A stretch of 64,000 nucleotides of DNA from Felis catus. Taxonomy: Eukaryota. The notes under the pieces were generated by a model, which saw nothing but the letters and a program-made list of their open reading frames with translations, made no database searches and was not told where the DNA came from. The translations under genes were made by a program, and so were the position numbers. Location of the stretch: positions 14,944,001-15,008,000 of the forward strand of contig NC_058369.1 of the NCBI RefSeq assembly GCF_018350175.1, given 5' to 3'. Shown piece by piece: positions 49,761 to 61,846 of this stretch; position 1 is the stretch's first letter, and each line of letters opens with the position of its first letter.

Positions 49761-49989
49761 GGGAGCCGTAGATACCTGAGAAGCCCTCACAAAAAAGAGC
49801 CGTGCAAAAAATAATTGAGGCAGACCTTGTTTGAGGTATCAGATTCCATGGCTTATGAAGAAACCGTATTTCCCACGCCAAAGTTCAGCACACGTGACTT
49901 AACAGAGGCTTAAAAAACAACCTTCTTCTGTGAATTTATTTCTTCACCAGTAGTACACAGGTTGTATCACATTTGTGTAGGGTTTTCTG

Positions 49990-50593
49990 TTTTTTTTTCC
50001 CTCTCTTCTCTTTCCCCCCTTCATCCTGCCGGCCATTCCCCTCAATAAATCTCTTGCATGTCTAATCCCATCCTGGTGCCCGCTTCTGGGGGCACTTAAA
50101 CTGGTTCCATGGCTCAAAATAAGCGAACTGCCCACTGAAGAAATGTATGGCCCCCTGGGGAGGGGGTTGGCCCAGATGTCTACAAGAGAGCCCCAGCCTC
50201 GGCTGCTGCCCCCCAGGGACAGGAGGCCAGTCTTTCCCTCGCTGCCTCTGGGCAATGACTGAGCAGGACAGGGGCACCGAGGCCACACTGTCCCGCTAAA
50301 TAAGGGGACTCCTCTGATGAGGCAGGTAAACACAGGGAGTCCCCAGCGGCTTGGCCAAGATTTTCTCAGAAGTGCACTGCGGCCCGTGGTTCTCCCTACC
50401 CAGTCCCTCTCTCCCCGGTCAGCCCGCACAAGCGTCCCCTCCCCCCCCACCCCCCCACCCCGCGCCGAGCTGCAGAGGGCTCCCCCTGCCGGCTCCTGCT
50501 CCCTCAAACCCTTGATCCCTCACAGGTGTTCCCCCTAATAAATCTCTTGCACTTCGAATTCCATTTTGCTGTCTGCGCCTCATAGGGTCAGAC
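49990..50593 (+). mobile_element. LTR16-like ERVL LTR preceded by a second LTR16-like 3' end
   Basis: aataaatctcttgca occurs at ~50044 and ~50537; tgactgagcaggacaggg and gggactcctctgatg are LTR16A-like. Confidence 0.7.
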
Positions 50594-51079
50594 AAGTAAT
50601 GGATTCCCTTCACTAAAAAGTCTGAATTCTATAAAATATGTAGCAAAACTATATCCACAGTAATCGAGTAGTTGTAACACTTGAGAGCAGGAATGTACCA
50701 GAAAATTGGGACGTATGATCACTCCACCTAGGTTTCCTAAGAGAATGGATGGTGTTTCTAAGTGAGGATTATCTGTACTAAGAATGGCCATTTACTGCCC
50801 TCCCCCCACCTCTTTATCAGAGCTTCCTCCAATAGAGGAAGGGAACCCTGGATCCGTTCAAGTCACAGAGCCATGAACACCCTAAGCTAGGCTGCTATTT
50901 CACCCCCACCCCCAGGAAACTCCCCCTCCCTGTTCTTGTCCATCCCTCTTCCTTTTCCAGTGTGATGATCCTTATCCCAACATGAAGGTATGAGACTAGG
51001 ATGGACAGAAGGCTGGCCCTTGAAGGTCAAGGCTTTGCCTTTGCGGTGAGAAAGAGAAAAGTAGTCCCTGGCAGCTAGC

Positions 51080-51556
51080 TCTGATCAGCCAGGTGCTCAC
51101 AGCTAGGCCTGAACAGAGCCAGTCTCTTGGATAGCCACCATCAGACAAGGCCTGACCAAACAGGACTATTCCACGCTTGTGTCCAAGCACAGACAAAATG
51201 AAGGCCACTGTGCGCACCACAAAAACCGCCCAACATCCCCCGCCCCCCAGCGATGGCTGTCTGGTTACCAATCGCAGTTTTAGCTCTGCCTTTGTCTCAG
51301 CTTCTCTATGAAAATTGAGATGCTCAATCACAGAATGGATCTTGCTTCCTGAAAGCATGCAGTCCAGAATGACCCCCCGCTTCCTTGAAACTCCACCCCC
51401 CCCCCTACGGTTTTTAACACAAGTTCTGTTATAAGTCCCTTGTGACACCTTCGTACTGAGACGCCCCAGGACTCCTCGGCTATACCCGTACGTCGTCGGC
51501 AACAAATCAGAAAATCCAACTTTGTTCCTGGTGGTCTTTGGTTATGGGCATGGACA
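51080..51556 (+). mobile_element. Old ERVL-type LTR (MER54/MER74-like)
   Basis: TATA-like ttataagtcc and terminus ggtggtctttggttatgggcatggaca. The family assignment is uncertain. Confidence 0.45.
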
Positions 51557-52559
51557 GGAGGTCCACAGGTGGCCAGACCCTGGCCTGTTCTATGACTTTG
51601 GCTCCTGGGTCTGTCTCCAAGGTGCCACAACCATCCTAGGAGAGAAAAAGAACTGTAGGCAAGAAAGAGGTTTCGTCCATACAGCAGCTGAGGTGTAGAT
51701 GGGTCTCCTGACTGTGGCTCCGATTCTAACGAGTTGCTCCATGGCCTTGAACAATTCAGACAAAAGTGGAGAACCATTTATCCTTCGCAGACCTGCAGAG
51801 TGAGTTTTAAACACATCAAGGATGACAACAAGCCGTGCCCAATGGCCGGCACACAAAACCCGCTCGTTCACGGCTAGGAGGAGCCGGAAGGTTGAGGGAA
51901 AGACGGAAGGTACAGGGAACACGAGGAGGTGAACCAAGAGATGGTGAAAGCAGGATCATCTTAGGGAGAGAGAAGAGCCAAGAACATCTGGGGGAAAAGC
52001 TGTAAATAGAACTGTAGGAGACAGAGAAAAGGGGAGACCAAGTCCATCCCGACTGGGAACCCCCTGCCCTTGGAAGTCTCCCTCAGCCAAAGGAAGGGAT
52101 CTGGGGAGGCACGGAGAACCGCACCAGAGAAATGGTGGGGGGGGGGCTGGCAAGATTGGGCAAATGGGCACCAAGGGAAGGGTCAGGGAGAAGAGGAGGG
52201 GGACATCCACGCCTGGGGAATGGGGTTCAAAGTCCACCTCTGAGTGTGAGCTGAAGGAGGAGCCGCGGATGGGCACGGGATCCCCTTATTACCTTCCTGG
52301 GTATTTCAGAAGGAAGCTAGACTCCGGAGTAGGCGCCAGGTTCCAGCCTCCTGGCAGCTTGTATGGTACTCTCCCCAAGTCTCCACCTCGGGTTTGATGT
52401 GCAATTTAGAAGTGCACAGGCCTGTCAGGAGAAACGACAGATCAATAATGAGGGTGGCTTCCAGAGACTTCAGAGGCCAAATGACAAGTGTAGAGGCTGC
52501 AGAATGCTCCAGTTAGGAAAACAAAGCGTCCTGGGAGGGCCCAGACGAGGAAAAGAAGG

Positions 52560-53560
52560 GTGCCTGGAAGGGGTTCCGCGCGTCCCACCCGGCCCGGTGG
52601 GCCGGGGCGCGGGCCGGGACGGCGGGCGGTGTGCAGGCTGCCCAGGGCCCGGGGTCGGGGCCTCCAAGCCTCGCCAACCCCTGCACACTGCCACCCTCTC
52701 GAGCTGCCTGCTTTCTTTCACTGAGGGAGGGCTGTGGGGCCCCAGGTGGGGAGATAGATGCATGCTCCCCCCCCCTAAAAAACGTGGGCCCAAACCAAGA
52801 GGGGTGTCTTCTAGGGCAAACCTCTTCTGCCTTCAGCGGTGAAAACGTTCACCAGAAACTCACTCGGTAAGCCCTTGGGACAGTTTCATGGATGAACCGG
52901 CTCGTTCTCCACCTGCCTACATCCTCGCCTGGGGGTCCTAGCAGTTTCCTCACTGGCTTGCTGCCGTGGCTTCAACAGGTTTCTGCGCCCTGAGCAGTGC
53001 CCTCTACCCGGAGGCCGGGCCAGGCGGGGCCTCCTTGCAGTCGTCCCACCCTAACCAGAGAGCGGTTTATCCACTGTATGGCGATAGGGCGGGCGTTCAG
53101 AACAAGGAACACCGACAGGCTCCACTCCGCGAGACTAACGGCGCCAACCGCCGGGTGAGATCCAGCCAAAGGCCGCTGGGCCCCGCCCCTTCCAGCCCCG
53201 CCTAGCTCCGGCCCCGCCCCCCCTCACCCGGCCCAGCTCCGGCCCCGCCCGGCCCTGCCCAGCTTCTCCCCTACACCCACGCCCTCCCTACAAGTCCCTA
53301 CCGACGTCACGCCCCACCACGTCCGCCACGCCCCTGTCTCACACCCACAACCACGCCCACCCCACCTTACCACGCCCCGCCACGCCCCAGCAAGTCACCG
53401 CCGCGTCCTCCAGCCACGCCCCACGCCCGCAGCCCCGCCCACCTCACCCTGCCACGCCCAGTAAGTCCTCGTAGACGCCACGCCCCCACCAAGTCCACCA
53501 CGCCCTCAGTCCGCCTTGGCCTCGGGCCCCGCCCCTTTCTTAGGCATCGCCCACGGAGTC
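52560..53560. promoter_or_regulatory. CpG-island-like, GC-box-rich promoter/enhancer with no assigned gene
   Basis: Dense CpG; ten CCACGCCC and about five CCCGCCC boxes between 53179 and 53535; CRE-like cgacgtca at ~53302. Confidence 0.7.
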
Positions 53561-54176
53561 TCCTCCTCCAGGCCTCAAGGGTCTTTCTCACCCGCTGAAC
53601 CTGTGAGGCCCAGGCGTATTTTGCACCATGGTCCGTTTTAAACATAGTTTAAAATCGTGGCTTGGAAGTGGGAGGCAGGTTGGAGAGCAGGGACAGTAGC
53701 TGGTTTGGGCATACATCTCAAGACCTGTCTCATTCTTCCCTTAGAGATGAAGCGGCAGGAAGGGTCTGGATGTCTGACCTAGGCGCTCTCGCCCCGCAGT
53801 CCCAGGATGAGAGTTCTACCTTATTACGTAGAAAGATGTGGAAGGATTAGGGCCTGAAGTAAACCAGGATCTTCGGATGGGGCTTTTTGTTTTAGTTGGC
53901 ATTTGGGGGCAGCTCTTTGAGATTTTGGGGAGGAAGCTGTCCCCTGTGCACCAGCAGTCCTGTATTGAATGGTCCTCAGTGGCAAGAGCTCTTTCATTGG
54001 GATTTGCTGGAAGAATTTGACCAACCAAGGAGACAAAGCTCATGGTTCCCTTCCCCTGTCCTCACGTCATATTGCTTACTCAGCATCTTGGGGCATCTGT
54101 TCAGAGAACGGTCGCGAATGGTGTTTATTCTGCAGAAGCTCATCCCTAATGTAGCCATTATCTTCAAAACCTTCCT

Positions 54177-54983
54177 GGGGCACCTGCGTGGCTTAGTCAG
54201 TTGAGCATCGGACTTCCGCTCAGGTCATGATTTCAGTTTGTGGGGTCGAGCCCCATGTTGGGCTCTGTGTCAGCACAGAGCCTGCTTCAGATGCTCTGTC
54301 TCTCTGCTTCTCTCTATCTCCCTCTCAAAAATAAACATTTAAAAAGCAAAAAAAACCCTTCCTGGGGCACCTGGGTGGCTCAGTGGGTTGAGCGTCTGAC
54401 TCTTGGTTTCAGCTCAGGTCATGTTCTCACGATTCACGAGTTTGAGCCCCACGTTGGGCTCTGTGCTGACAGCTCAGAGCCTGGAGCCTGCTTCAGATTC
54501 TGTGTTGCCCTCTCTCTCTTCTTCGCTCCGGCTCGCACTCTGTCTTGCTCTGTCTCTCAAAAATAAATAAATGTTAAAAAAAACAAACACTTTCTTCCCG
54601 ATTGTTTGGGTGCTTAAAGATCTGGGGAAAGAGGACCTGAAGAATGTTAATTCAGAAACTTGAGATGGGGCTAAAGCATTCTAGAAGCGTCTGCCCTCTC
54701 CACCCCCAAGCCTGGGTATGATGCGATGGGTCAAGAATACCCCAGAGGTCGGGGCGCCTGGGTGGCGCAGGCGGTTGAGCGTCCGACTTCAGCCAGGTCA
54801 CGATCTCGCAGTCCGTGAGTTCGAGCCCCGCGTCGGGCTCTGGGCTGATGGCTCAGAGCCTGGAGCCTGTTTCCGATTCTGTGTCTCCCTCTCTCTCTGC
54901 CCCTCCCCCGTTCATGCTCTGTCTCTCTCTGTCCCAAAAATAAATAAACGTTGAAAAAAAAAATTAAAAAAAAAAAAAAAAAA
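54177..54983 (+). mobile_element. Cluster of three CAN-SINEs
   Basis: Heads at ~54177, ~54364 and ~54751; the last has TSD aagaataccccagagg. Confidence 0.93.
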
Positions 54984-55866
54984 GAATACCCCAGAGGGCC
55001 ACCCTCTCCAGCTGAGCCTGTTTGGTTATTTATTTTATTTTATTTTTTTCTGGGTCGCCTGAATATGGGTTTCCTCTCCCCTGCAGGTGAGAGAAAATAC
55101 CAGGTTGCTATGAAAGAAACAGTTCTTTCTGCAAAGGTTTGGAATCAAGATTAAGTCTTGAGGTGAGCCTATCTCGCTGCTCTGGCCTTCGGCATTGCTG
55201 GGGGCCATGATGGAGTGCATGATTTTCCCTTACAGCATCCAAAATGTAAGTTCTTAGTTAAAGGATTATTGCTAAGAAATCATTTTAATATGCTTTACTC
55301 GGTTTATAGATCAATACAGCTTGCTTGCTAGTGTAAACAGCTCGCAACTCGTCTGTTGCCTTGGGAGCAGGTGAGAAACAATGGGAAATTTCCCTCTGAA
55401 TTGGGAGAACAGAATGGAAATTGGCAAAGAGCCCTCATCACACTTTCTTACTGCAGCTCCAGCCTCGGCCCCACAGTCATCCCCTCTGGTGGTTTAGAAG
55501 TGTCTTAACAGCTCAGGAGAGCACGCCATAGCCAGACTTGTTGAATGAATGAATGAACGCTACCACCAAAGGTTTGTAATCCACCCCTCACCTCACCCCC
55601 TGCCGCCCGCCTTCCTTCTAGCACTTGCAGGGGCTTCTCCACCCACACTTAGCTTAGCACCGCATCTTTCACATCGTATGTATTTGATAGGAGTGTGCTA
55701 AAACTCTTCATGGGGACCAAAGTGGATGTGATGCCATGTTCAATGATTGCTTAACTCTTGGCAAGGGTCTGAAGACAAACAAACGTCTTGATCTATCTGT
55801 GCAAGAAGTCTACCCTTGCAACATCTGTTGCAAGTGTAAATTTTTATCTTAAAAATCGGTGGAAGA

Positions 55867-56098
55867 GGGGCGCCTGGGTGACTCAGTCAGTTAAGCGGCT
55901 GACTTCCGCTCAGGTCATGATCTCGCAGTTCGTGAGTTCGAGCCCCGCGTCGGGCTCTGTGCTGACAGCTCAGAGCCTGGAGCCTGTTTCCGATTCTGTG
56001 TCTCCCTCTCTCTCTCTGACCCTCCCCCATTCATGCTCTCTCTCTCTGTCTCAAAAGTAAATAAACGTGAAAAAAAAATTTTTTTTAAATAAATAAAA
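55867..56098 (+). mobile_element. CAN-SINE
   Basis: TSD aaaaatcggtggaaga. Confidence 0.95.
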
Positions 56099-56184
56099 AT
56101 CGGTGGAAGAAAATAAACTAGATTAATTGTTTTTAATGCCGAAGACAGAGACTTTATTATCTCAAAAAGGGCTTTGAATCCATT

Positions 56185-56404
56185 AAAAAATTTTTTTTAA
56201 CATTTATTCATTTTTGAGAGTGACAGAGACAGAGCACGAGTGGGGGTGCAGAGAGAGAGGGAGACACAGAATCAGAAGCAGGCTCCAGGCTCCGAGCTGT
56301 CAGCACAGAGCCCGACGCAGGGCTCGAACTCACAGACCGTGAGATCATGACCTGTGCTGAGGTCGAAGTCGGACGCTCAACTGACTGAGCCACCCAGGCG
56401 CCCC
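56185..56404 (-). mobile_element. CAN-SINE
   Basis: TSD aatccatt. Confidence 0.93.
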
Positions 56405-57069
56405 TAATCCATTTTATTTAAGGAAAACATAACTGAAAATACAACTTCATCCTGGGTATCCTGGACCAATTTGACATTAGACATTTTTTAAAAGGTGTAG
56501 GACATTTTATCTTCATTATTGGAAGTCTCTCTGTTGCCAGTGCTTCTCAAAGAGACTATCTGCAGAAATATCACTGGGTTGCCATTCAAGAGGAAGTGAG
56601 GAAGATTTCTGGAAAGATCTAACCCCAGACTGGAAGGATCACCTCTGAACAACACATTTCCCAATTGCCCTTTCTTAGCTGGGCCTCAGTTTCCACATCT
56701 GTTAAATGAATGGGCTGGTCACTAGATAATTGTTAACATTCTTTCTAATTAGAATTTTCACAATTATTTAGTGGGTTTTTTTTTGTTTGTTTTGTTTTGT
56801 TTTTTGTTTTTTTGCTGGCCGAAATGAAGGGCAATTGGTCAATTGGTCAACTAATACCAAATGATGAATCTTAGTTTTTTTTGTTCTTAAATGTGATTCC
56901 ATAAGAAAAGACTTCTGCTTTCACTAGGTCTCCCAAAGTATTTGTGTTTATTGGTAAGTGTTTGCATTTCAAATAGAAACTCTGAAAATAGCAGGAGAGT
57001 GAAGTCTGCCTTCTGTAAACCAGGCATCGCTTGGAATGAGTCACAGACTATCTTAAAAATACTGGAAAT

Positions 57070-57296
57070 CTTTTTTTTTTTAATTAAAAAAATGTTTTTA
57101 ATGTTTATTTTTGAGAGAGATAGAGCGCGAGTGGGGAAGGGGCAGAGAGAAAGTGAAACACAGAATCCTAAGCAGGCTCCCTCCGGGCTCAGAGCTGTCA
57201 GCACAGAGCCCGATGTGGGGCTCGAACTCACAAACTGTGAGATCATGACCTGAGCTGAAGTCGGACGCTTAACCGACTGAGCCACCCAGGCACCCC
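57070..57296 (-). mobile_element. CAN-SINE
   Basis: TSD atactggaaatct. Confidence 0.93.
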
Positions 57297-57792
57297 AAAG
57301 ATACTGGAAATCTCAATTAGTGCTTTTTTCTTCTTAAATCAATTTTATTGAGGTGTTATTTACCTACACTAAAATGCACACATTTGAAGTGTACTGCTGA
57401 TCACTTTCAACAAATATTTGCCTCCAGACAAACCAGCATCCCCATCACCCCCCAAAGTTCCCTCATTTCCTTTTGTAGTGGGTCGTCATCAGACTGGATC
57501 TTCAGTGCAGACACATACATCTTCCCTTTGCATCCCATTTTTTGACTTTCCTCGGGACACAGAGGTGAACAAAGGCCCAGTCTCTGTGCTCAGGGGGCTT
57601 ATACCCTAGCGCTGTAGAGTGAGCAATTCTGTAGCTAGCCTGAGCCCCAGTTTAACTACGTCAGCCTCTGTTACTGGATAAAGAGATAAGATTCTGTTTA
57701 GACCTTTGGAGGATGCCCCACATGGGGGCTCCACCCCTCTCGCCCCCACCGCCTTGAAACAAATAGCTTTCTCTCACAGGATGAGGATATTC

Positions 57793-57998
57793 TTTTTTTT
57801 TAACGTTTATTTATTTTTGAGACAGAGAGAGACAGAGCATGAACGGGGGAGGGTTAGAGAGAGAGGGAGACACAGAATCGGAAACAGGCTCCAGGCTCTG
57901 AGCAGTCAGCACAGAGCCCGATGCGGGGCTCGAACTCACATACCGCGAGATCATGACCTGAGCCGAAGTCAGACGCTCAACCGACTGAGCCACCCAGG
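57793..57998 (-). mobile_element. CAN-SINE
   Basis: TSD aggatgaggatattctt. Confidence 0.95.
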
Positions 57999-58692
57999 AT
58001 GAGGATATTCTTAAAGTATCTCCTGCAGCTGAATACCAGTGGAGTCTTCCCTTCTATTCTTTTTTCTTTTTGCAACAGCTGGGGTAGCCAACCCCAAAGG
58101 CTCCGAGTGGATAACAGCAGGGAGCAGAATTGCTGGGCTTTTCAGATGGGTTTTGTTCTTCTCTTGAAGCTGGTAGCTTGTTTTAGAAAAACAGCCCCTA
58201 AGAATGATTTATTTTTCTGAAGAATCATGATGCATAGTAAATGTTTACTCAGTGGGATAAATAATGTAGAACAAGAAGGCAAAGTTAGATACAAGACTGG
58301 TTAATGTCCTACAGGGCAATGAAACCATAACCTTTAAGGTTATCTGTTCTACTGGACAGAGTTCATTTGCATTGTCTACCTGACAAAAATCATTTGCAAC
58401 TTGTCAGTTTTCTACAAATAAACATATACTCTTAGCAGGGTCTAGGTCCCAATCAATAGTGAGTCAACCCACAATTTCATTTCCCTAGAGCACTGAATGA
58501 TCCTTAGGTGAACTTAGACAATGCTCCGGGAGACTTGGAAAGGACATTCAGTCCATCATTTTGTGTAAGTTTCGAGTTTTGGATTGTCTCTCTTCACGTG
58601 ATGGCCCACACCCCTGCAAAATAATAACCAAGCGTCATTAAAGGGACAAGTGCCTCTTCCATGGCCTGTGGAGCCGCTGCAGCTCGAGCTAC

Positions 58693-59409
58693 TGATGAGG
58701 GAGCATCAGGCAAGCTGACACCTCCCCCTTCTCCCCCTCCCCTGCAACCTGCACCCCCCCTCCTGCCCGGGGGAATATGTGGATAGGTCTGGCATTCCTC
58801 AGGCACTCCTGGCTGCCCAAGAACAAAGGACAGGGAAAAACAAACGGTTAACTGATAGAGATCACTGTCCTTTCAGTTTACAAGTGTTCTAGTAAATTGT
58901 GAGAAAAAGGCAATCTTATCAATAGCCTAATCTCCAGAAAGCTATAGACTCAGTTTCCTGAAGACCCAACATCACCCTCCCCACTATAGTGATGTGGGGA
59001 ACAAAGGCAAAAAGGAAACGGGGTAGGTAAAATTAAATTTCCTGATAACCCGCAGCCCATTGACAAATACTTGAAGCAAATACAGAGTATAACATTCTTC
59101 CAGGAACTCCCTCCTGTCTGAACTTGAATACCTTACTAAGTGAACAACCTTAGCTTGACAATAGCTAGGCCTCCAGTATCTTATGAGCCTTCGTTAGCAT
59201 ATGGAAGTCCTTCTGGAGGCCTCCCTTTTGCCTTTAACTTTCCCCACCTCCTTAGTATATAACTAGTCACTCTACAACCCCAGTGCCGCACTTTCTGCCC
59301 AGGGGTCTTGTCCCCTTGCTTTAACAATATCACCTTTTTGCATCAAAGACATCTCAAGAATTCTTTCTTGGCCATCAGCTCCAGATCCCTACTTCTCCAA
59401 ACCTCATCA
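58693..59409 (+). mobile_element. Solo ERV LTR (carnivore ERV1-like)
   Basis: Perfect inverted termini TGATGAGG...CCTCATCA; near-TSD ctac/cgac; TATATAA at 59256-59262. Confidence 0.8.
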
Positions 59410-59829
59410 CGACCATATCAGATGTCTTTCTCCCCGGATTCTTCCTCTGTCCTCTGGGGGAAATGGCGATGTCTCAGTACAATCTGATGAATGAGTTATT
59501 TCTTGCAGCTTCCTGGTTGGTGTCTTCCTGGAATGGGAAAGACCATTGCTCAAGAACGTTTGGCTTTCCTGGAAATTGGGACTGTGAGTAAAAAGATTGA
59601 TTCATTCTTCCTTGGCAACTTTAAATTGAGCTTTTTGGCCCATTTGTGACTTTACTTATACAAAGACATCTAAGCAGAAGAAAGAAAATAGGCCTGATTC
59701 GGAGTCACAGTAATCCCTATGTTGAAGAAGGCCTTTGGAGAATGCCTGCCCTGAAGCTCTGTAGGGTCCGTGCCATTGGGACAACCAAAATGCTGCCTGA
59801 GTAAAGAGATCAGCAGCCACTAGACAGTT

Positions 59830-60440
59830 TTATAAATATATATATATATTTATTTATTTATTATTATTATTTATTATTATTTTATTTTATTATTTATTTT
59901 ATTTATTTTATTATTTATTTTATTTATTTTAATTTATTTTATTATTTATTTTATTTATTTTAATTTATTTTATTATTTATTTTATTTATTTTTATTTAAT
60001 CATTTATTATTATTTAATTTATTTATTATATATTTTATTATTATATTTATATATTTATTAATATTTATTAATATATATTTAAATTTATATATAAACATAT
60101 ATATATGTTTATATATTATTATATAATATATAATATATAATTATATATAATTATATAATATATATAATATATAATATATAATATATAATATATAATATAT
60201 TATATTATTATATATTATATTATATTATATTATAGTAATTATATTATATTAATATATTATAATATATTATGATATATTATATATTATATTATAATATATA
60301 ATATATAATATATATAATAATATAATATATAATATATATAATATATAATATTAATTAATATTATATTAATATATATTATTATATTATATAATATATAATA
60401 TTATTATATATTATTATGAATATATATATATTTAATTAAA
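59830..60440. repeat. AT-rich low-complexity tract ((TTTA)n grading into (ATA/TAT)n)
   Basis: About 600 nt with only a handful of G/C bases. Confidence 0.95.
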
Positions 60441-60860
60441 GTATGGTTGACGTGCAATATTATATGAGTTTTGGATGCACAATGTAGCAATTCGACAATT
60501 ACATACATTATGAAATACCATGACAAGTGCAGTCACCATACAAAGTTATTACAGTATTATCGACTGTATTCCCTATGCTGTATTTCTCATCCCTGTGACT
60601 TATCTATTGTATAACTGGGAGTTTGTACTTTTTGATCCCATTCACCTGTTTTGCCCATCCTCCCACCGCCCTCCCGACCCTCTGGCAACCACCAGTTTGT
60701 TCTATTTATGAATGTGTTTCTGGGTTTTGTTGTTGTTCTGATCTGGTTTTTAGATTCCACCTCTAAGTGAAATCCTATGATATCTGTCTATCTCTGTCTG
60801 ACTTATTTCACTTAGCATAGTACCCTCTAGGCCCATCCATGTCGTTGTGAATATCAATTG
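60430..60860 (-). mobile_element. L1 (L1MA/carnivore-like) 3' end with ORF2 C-terminus
   Basis: Minus-strand peptide FTTTWMGLEGTMLSEISQTEIDRYHRISL matches the L1 ORF2 C-terminus; the 3' UTR runs into the AT tract. Confidence 0.88.
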
Positions 60861-61020
60861 CATTTTGGAGTGCCACATGGTGTCTGGGTAGCCCTCCCTT
60901 GCGCCTCCCCTAGTCGGCAAAAAAGGAGGCTGGAGCCCATCCACAGGTCTGCGCCTCTCCTGCTGGTGGCCTTAGGCAAAACCCACACATTCTTTGTATT
61001 TCTTCATTTAAATTAAAACA

Positions 61021-61030
61021 AAAGAAGAAA

Positions 61031-61063
<33 letters not shown>

Positions 61064-61076
61064 GAAGAGGAAGAAG
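61021..61076. repeat. (GAAA)n microsatellite
   Basis: Run of GAAA/GAA units. Confidence 0.9.
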
Positions 61077-61624
61077 ACAATTAGCCTGCAGGACTCACGG
61101 GATGGTTATGAGAACGAATTCCGAGTTTATTGAGTTGTTAAGGTACACAGGTACACAGTGCCCAGTGGGATAAACCTGTAATAAGGTTTGTGAGGGTGTT
61201 TTGTAAACCAAAAGAGAAGGTGTAATTAGTTGCGATCAAAGACCCATGACAGCCTGCAGGCTGGGTCTCCTGGGTGGCTGCAGGGACCAGAGTGGGGGGT
61301 GGTGATGGTGGGAAAAGAGATTTAACTCAGGAATGTCTGACGATCCTGCTGGTGTTCAGCCTGCAAACAAGTTCAGACAACACAGCGGGTGGCCAGCAGC
61401 CAAGCGACTGGTGTCTTGTGAAAAGAAAGGGACCCAGAATGGAATTGGTGGCTACTCAGCTCCTGAGCCCGAGCGAGCCCACGTGGGGTCCAAAGGACAC
61501 GCTTGAGTCCCAAGTCTGAGGCAGAGCAGGAGGCTCTTCCATTCACTCCCGCAGGCTTGCGGACCTGGATCTTGGGTAAAAATATATTCTCTCCTAAAAT
61601 GACAGAACAGCCACAAAACAAATC

Positions 61625-61846
61625 TCTTTTTCTTTTTTCTTAGGTTTATTTATTTATTTTGAGAGCGACAGGGACAGTGCAAGTGGAGGAGGGGCAGAGA
61701 GAGACAGGGAGAGGGAATCCCAGGCAGGCTCTGCATTGTCATCGAGGGGCCTGATACGGAGCTTGAACTCACGAACCACGAGATCATGACCCCAGCCGAC
61801 ACCAAGAGTCAGACGCTTAACCGGCTGAGCCACCCAGGCGCCCCCC
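61625..61846 (-). mobile_element. CAN-SINE
   Basis: SINE body with head ending ggcgcccc. Confidence 0.9.

Noticed and set aside
49944..51937. ORFs of 115-187 aa near 50-52 kb
   Set aside because: They largely overlap decayed LTRs, with no domain similarity or splice-consistent structure.
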